Part shown: piece after piece, positions 60,878 to 64,000 of the stretch
Layout: every line of letters starts with the position of its first letter
Position numbering within the stretch: the first letter of the stretch is position 1
DNA from: Dehalococcoidia bacterium
GTDB lineage: Bacteria; Chloroflexota; Dehalococcoidia; Bin125
NCBI GenBank assembly: GCA_963555985.3
Contig: OY820591.1
Coordinates: 192,001-256,000 of the forward strand
Direction of reading: 5' to 3'
Length of the DNA: 64,000 nt
Notes under the pieces: generated by a model
What the model was told of the DNA's origin: nothing
What the model saw: the letters and a program-made list of their open reading frames with translations, nothing else
The model's database searches: none
Position numbers and translations under genes: made by a program

Positions 60878-61441
60878 ATGGAGTACCTCTTCCACGAGCG
60901 CAAGGCGGGCCAGGCCGCAGCCTATCTGCTGCGCAAGCTGGGCGGCGAATCCTCGCCGATCGTGCTCAACCAACTGCTCTATCTCGCCGACCGCCGGGCG
61001 ATGTGCAGCGACGGCTTCCCCATCACCGGCGACCGCCTGATGGCCTCACCACTGGGCATGATTCTGGGCCGCGTCTACGAGCTCAACCTGCCCAAGCAGT
61101 GGCCGCCCGCCGAGGCCTGGCGCGAGTACGTGACCGCGCCGGACGAGTGCGGCCTGATCCGCCCCGCCGGCGCCACCGACACGCTCGACCTCTCCGAGTG
61201 GGAGGAACTGATCCTCGACGCGATCTGCGACGAATTCGGAGCGTTGCCCGGCTACGACCTCGCCGCCCGCCTCCAAGAGCTGCCGGAGTATCACGTACCC
61301 GAAGGCCGGCCCGAACTAGTCGATCCCAAAGTCGTCCTGCGCAGCGCCGAGTTCACGGACGAGGGCATCGAGGGGGTCATTGATCAGCTCGGCGCGGATT
61401 GGTCGATGCACATGTCGGCGGGCGAAGTCTTCGCCGAGTAA
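60878..61441 (+). CDS. Panacea (DUF4065/SocA-like) antitoxin
   Basis: F.ERKA.QAAAYLL, LLYLADR, G.PITGD, LSE.E..ILD, LPEY; GPV motif altered to GMI. Confidence 0.8.
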   Translation: MEYLFHERKAGQAAAYLLRKLGGESSPIVLNQLLYLADRRAMCSDGFPITGDRLMASPLGMILGRVYELNLPKQWPPAEAWREYVTAPDECGLIRPAGATDTLDLSEWEELILDAICDEFGALPGYDLAARLQELPEYHVPEGRPELVDPKVVLRSAEFTDEGIEGVIDQLGADWSMHMSAGEVFAE

Positions 61442-61447
61442 CGCACG

Positions 61448-61831
61448 ATGACGACGCCTGGAGACGCCGCTCAGGACACCGATAGCGGCAACCATTTCTG
61501 GTTCGTTTTGAGCGCTCCGTCGCCGGCGGGCACGATCGCCATCGCGAGTTTCATGACGCATCGGCCGCGCATCGGAGGACACGATGCCTCGTGTCTCATC
61601 GTCGAGGTGGGCGAGCACCCGTTCGTTCGGCGCCAGACCTGCGTGGCCTACCGGCACGCCCGCATGATTCCGGAAACTCAGTTTGAGACCGATCTGCGCA
61701 GCGGCGAGCGCACTCGCTGGGACCCGCTCAGCCCGGAGCTGTTACGACGAATTCAGGAGGGCGCGCTGACCACGCCGCAGAAGATTCCCAAGCGAGTCGT
61801 GGCGGCCATCGTTGCGACACTGGATCGCTGA
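61448..61831 (+). CDS. Putative toxin (PemK/MazF-like fold) paired with Panacea
   Basis: HFWFVLS, D.SC....GEHPFV...T.VAY..AR, LS.ELL.RI..G. Confidence 0.6.
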   Translation: MTTPGDAAQDTDSGNHFWFVLSAPSPAGTIAIASFMTHRPRIGGHDASCLIVEVGEHPFVRRQTCVAYRHARMIPETQFETDLRSGERTRWDPLSPELLRRIQEGALTTPQKIPKRVVAAIVATLDR

Positions 61832-61837
61832 TCTGGA

Positions 61838-62063
61838 TCCGCCAACCTCTCTCCCCAAAACCGTGTAGAATAAATGCGCGAGCCGACACCCAACCGCACA
61901 CGACTCCGCCAACCCCGAACGACAACGCGCACATCCGAAACTCCCCTGAACACCGCCAGCCCAAAATCGATCGCAATCGAACCAGCTGAAACAAAATGAA
62001 ACAGAATGAAACAGAGTGAAACAAAATGAAACGCAAACCCGCACAATTCCTAGCCCACAACGC
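61838..62063 (+). repeat. ~225-bp repeated element, copy 2 (internal array TGAAACAAAA x5, 61981-62032)
   Basis: Co-linear with 60625-60833 but with a different decamer unit. Confidence 0.8.
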
Positions 62064-62147
62064 TAAATCAGCCCTCCGCCACCCCAAATTCTCCTCCCGC
62101 CCCGCCTCCCCTATCCTGTCACCCAAGACCACGAAGCGAGGTGACAT

Positions 62148-63275
62148 ATGCCTATCGAATTCCTCGGCATGATCGGCGTCAAGCCCTCCGAGTCCAACGC
62201 CGCCATGCACATCATCGGCGGCGGCATCGACCTCGACTACCTCTGCCGCTTCACCCGCGCCCACGAGGACTCCGGTTTCGACGGCGTCCTCGTCGGCTAC
62301 ACCTCCGCCTCCGCCGACGGCCTCCATGTCGCCCAGGCCGCCGCCGCCTGCACCGAGCGCGTCAAATTCCTCATCGCCCACCGCCCCGGCTTCGTCGCAC
62401 CCACCCTCGCCGCGCGCAAATTCGCCACCCTCGACTTCTTCACCGGCGGGCGCGTCTCCGTCCACATCATCACCGGCGGACACGACGCCGAACAGCAGCG
62501 CGACGGCGACTGGAAAGGCCACGACCAGCGCTACCGCCGCACCGACGAATACCTCAGCATCATGCGCCGAACCTGGGAGCACGACGCCCACGGACGCGAA
62601 CCCTTCGACTTCGACGGCGAGTTCTACCAGATCGTCGGGCAAAACCCCGAAGTGCTGCCGATCCAGCCCGGCGGCATCCCCCTCTACTTCGGCGGCGCCT
62701 CCGACATCGCCTTCGAAATCGGCGTCAAACACGCCGACGTCTACATGATGTGGGGCGAACCCCGCGCCTCAATCGCCGCCGCCATCGAGCGCGTCCACGA
62801 AGGCGCAGCCAAGCATGGGCGCAAGCCCCGACTCTCCGTCTCCTTCCGCCCAATCATCGCCCCAACCGAGGATCAGGCCTGGGAAAAGGCCCGCAACTAC
62901 CTCGCCGCCGTCAACAAGCTGGCCAAGCAGCCGCTCGACTTTCGCCCCCAGTCGCGAGGCTCGCAGCGCCTGCTCGAATTCGCCGCAAAAGGCGACATCC
63001 ACGACGAGCGACTCTGGATGCCAATCGCGGGCGCAACCGGCGCCGCCGGCAACAGCACCGCCCTGGTCGGCACCCCCGAACAGGTCGCCGAAGTCCTGCT
63101 CAAGTACATCGACTTGGGCGTCACCACCATCCTGATCCGGGGCTTCGACCCTCTCCCCGACGCCATCGACTACGGGCGCGAGCTCATCCCGATGGTCAAG
63201 GCCGAAGTCGCCCGCCGCGACGCCGAAGCCGCGCAAGTGGCCAAGCGTCAAGACGCCGCGGCCGTCGCAGACTGA
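62148..63275 (+). CDS. LLM-class flavin-dependent monooxygenase (SsuD-like)
   Basis: FLIAHRPGFVAP, LYFGGAS, YMMWGEP, TALVGTPEQVA. Confidence 0.92.
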   Translation: MPIEFLGMIGVKPSESNAAMHIIGGGIDLDYLCRFTRAHEDSGFDGVLVGYTSASADGLHVAQAAAACTERVKFLIAHRPGFVAPTLAARKFATLDFFTGGRVSVHIITGGHDAEQQRDGDWKGHDQRYRRTDEYLSIMRRTWEHDAHGREPFDFDGEFYQIVGQNPEVLPIQPGGIPLYFGGASDIAFEIGVKHADVYMMWGEPRASIAAAIERVHEGAAKHGRKPRLSVSFRPIIAPTEDQAWEKARNYLAAVNKLAKQPLDFRPQSRGSQRLLEFAAKGDIHDERLWMPIAGATGAAGNSTALVGTPEQVAEVLLKYIDLGVTTILIRGFDPLPDAIDYGRELIPMVKAEVARRDAEAAQVAKRQDAAAVAD

Positions 63276-63286
63276 GCGGACCGATC

Positions 63287-64000
63287 ATGAACGACGCCGA
63301 ACGCCGAATCCGCGCCTACGAAGAACTGGGAGACCATCGCACCGGCCGCGAGGCCGACAACAAGACGACCTGGTGGATGCTCGAAGAACTGCGCAAGGTC
63401 GGCGTCCAAGCCGACCCCCAGACCTGGCGCTTCCCCCGCGTCGAGATCCACGACGCCGGAATCCAATTCGGCCCCTGGGACATTCCCGCCGTCCCCACCT
63501 TCGACTGCGCTTTCACCGACCACAACGGCCTCAGCGGCGTCCTCCGCACCGATAGCGGCCCCGGCATCGTCATCTGGGAGTTCGCCGCCGACGACCAAGA
63601 GCGCATGGCGGCAGGCATCTACACGTCGTTCGAGTTGGCCCGCGCAGACGGCGCCGACGCCATCATCCTCGTCATGGGCGACCCCGACGGTCATCCCGTC
63701 CTGCGCAACGCCGAGCGCCCGCTCGACCCGATTCCCCTGCCCATCCTGCAAGTCGCGCCGATGGATGCCGAACCGTTGCTCGATGCGATCGGTTCCGAAG
63801 CGACCATGGTTGTGGACGGCGGCCGGGTAGACGCCCCAGCCCACAACGTGATCGCCGGCATTCCCGGCACGGATCCGGACGCCGCCCCAGTCACCCTGAT
63901 GACCCCAAAATCCGGCTGGTACACCTGCGCCGCCGAGCGCGGCGGCGGCATCGCCATCTGGCTGGAAGTCGCCGGCCGCATCGCCGCAAACCCCGGACGC
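63287..64000 (+). CDS. M28-peptidase-like protein, runs off window
   Basis: Frame read manually: MNDAERRIRAYEELGDHRTG...HNVIAGIPG...LMTPKSGWYTCAAERGGGIAIWLE; absent from ORF track because no stop in window. Confidence 0.7.
   Translation, partial: MNDAERRIRAYEELGDHRTGREADNKTTWWMLEELRKVGVQADPQTWRFPRVEIHDAGIQFGPWDIPAVPTFDCAFTDHNGLSGVLRTDSGPGIVIWEFAADDQERMAAGIYTSFELARADGADAIILVMGDPDGHPVLRNAERPLDPIPLPILQVAPMDAEPLLDAIGSEATMVVDGGRVDAPAHNVIAGIPGTDPDAAPVTLMTPKSGWYTCAAERGGGIAIWLEVAGRIAANPGR

Noticed and set aside
61981-62032. Possible CRISPR array or iteron origin
   Set aside because: Units are contiguous 10-mers with no spacers; no cas or rep gene nearby

Overview
High-GC bacterial window. The gene repertoire (crotonases, CaiB CoA-transferases, LLM oxygenase, ETF plus HdrD-like oxidoreductase, Uma2, PaREP1, many toxin-antitoxin loci, leaderless promoters) suggests a Chloroflexota/Dehalococcoidia-type organism, possibly host-associated; this is inference only. 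The backbone is acyl-CoA/organic-compound catabolism plus ilvD, coaE, an Anbu-type peptide-ligase operon, a CbbQ/NorQ-VWA chaperone pair, two FtsX-like permeases and two MFS transporters. It is interspersed with small accessory cassettes (3 Uma2, 2 RelE-type TA, 2 VapBC, HEPN, DUF2283, DUF3800, thermonucleases) and a defence island at 57.3-61.8 kb (methyltransferase, restriction endonuclease, RosmerTA-like pair, Panacea TA). Most notable: (1) a DUF3800 RNase-H-like gene facing a promoter-bearing, multi-stem putative ncRNA; (2) several integrase-less cassettes flanked by diverged duplications of the neighbouring gene's end; (3) a dispersed family of 10-bp-periodic arrays linked to an HTH gene and to a ~210-bp repeated element; (4) a restriction enzyme co-oriented behind an HTH-IrrE/RosmerTA-like module; (5) nested REP/MITE structures. 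No rRNA, tRNA, CRISPR array, integrase or transposase was seen. All assignments are from reading motifs by eye; no database searches were run.
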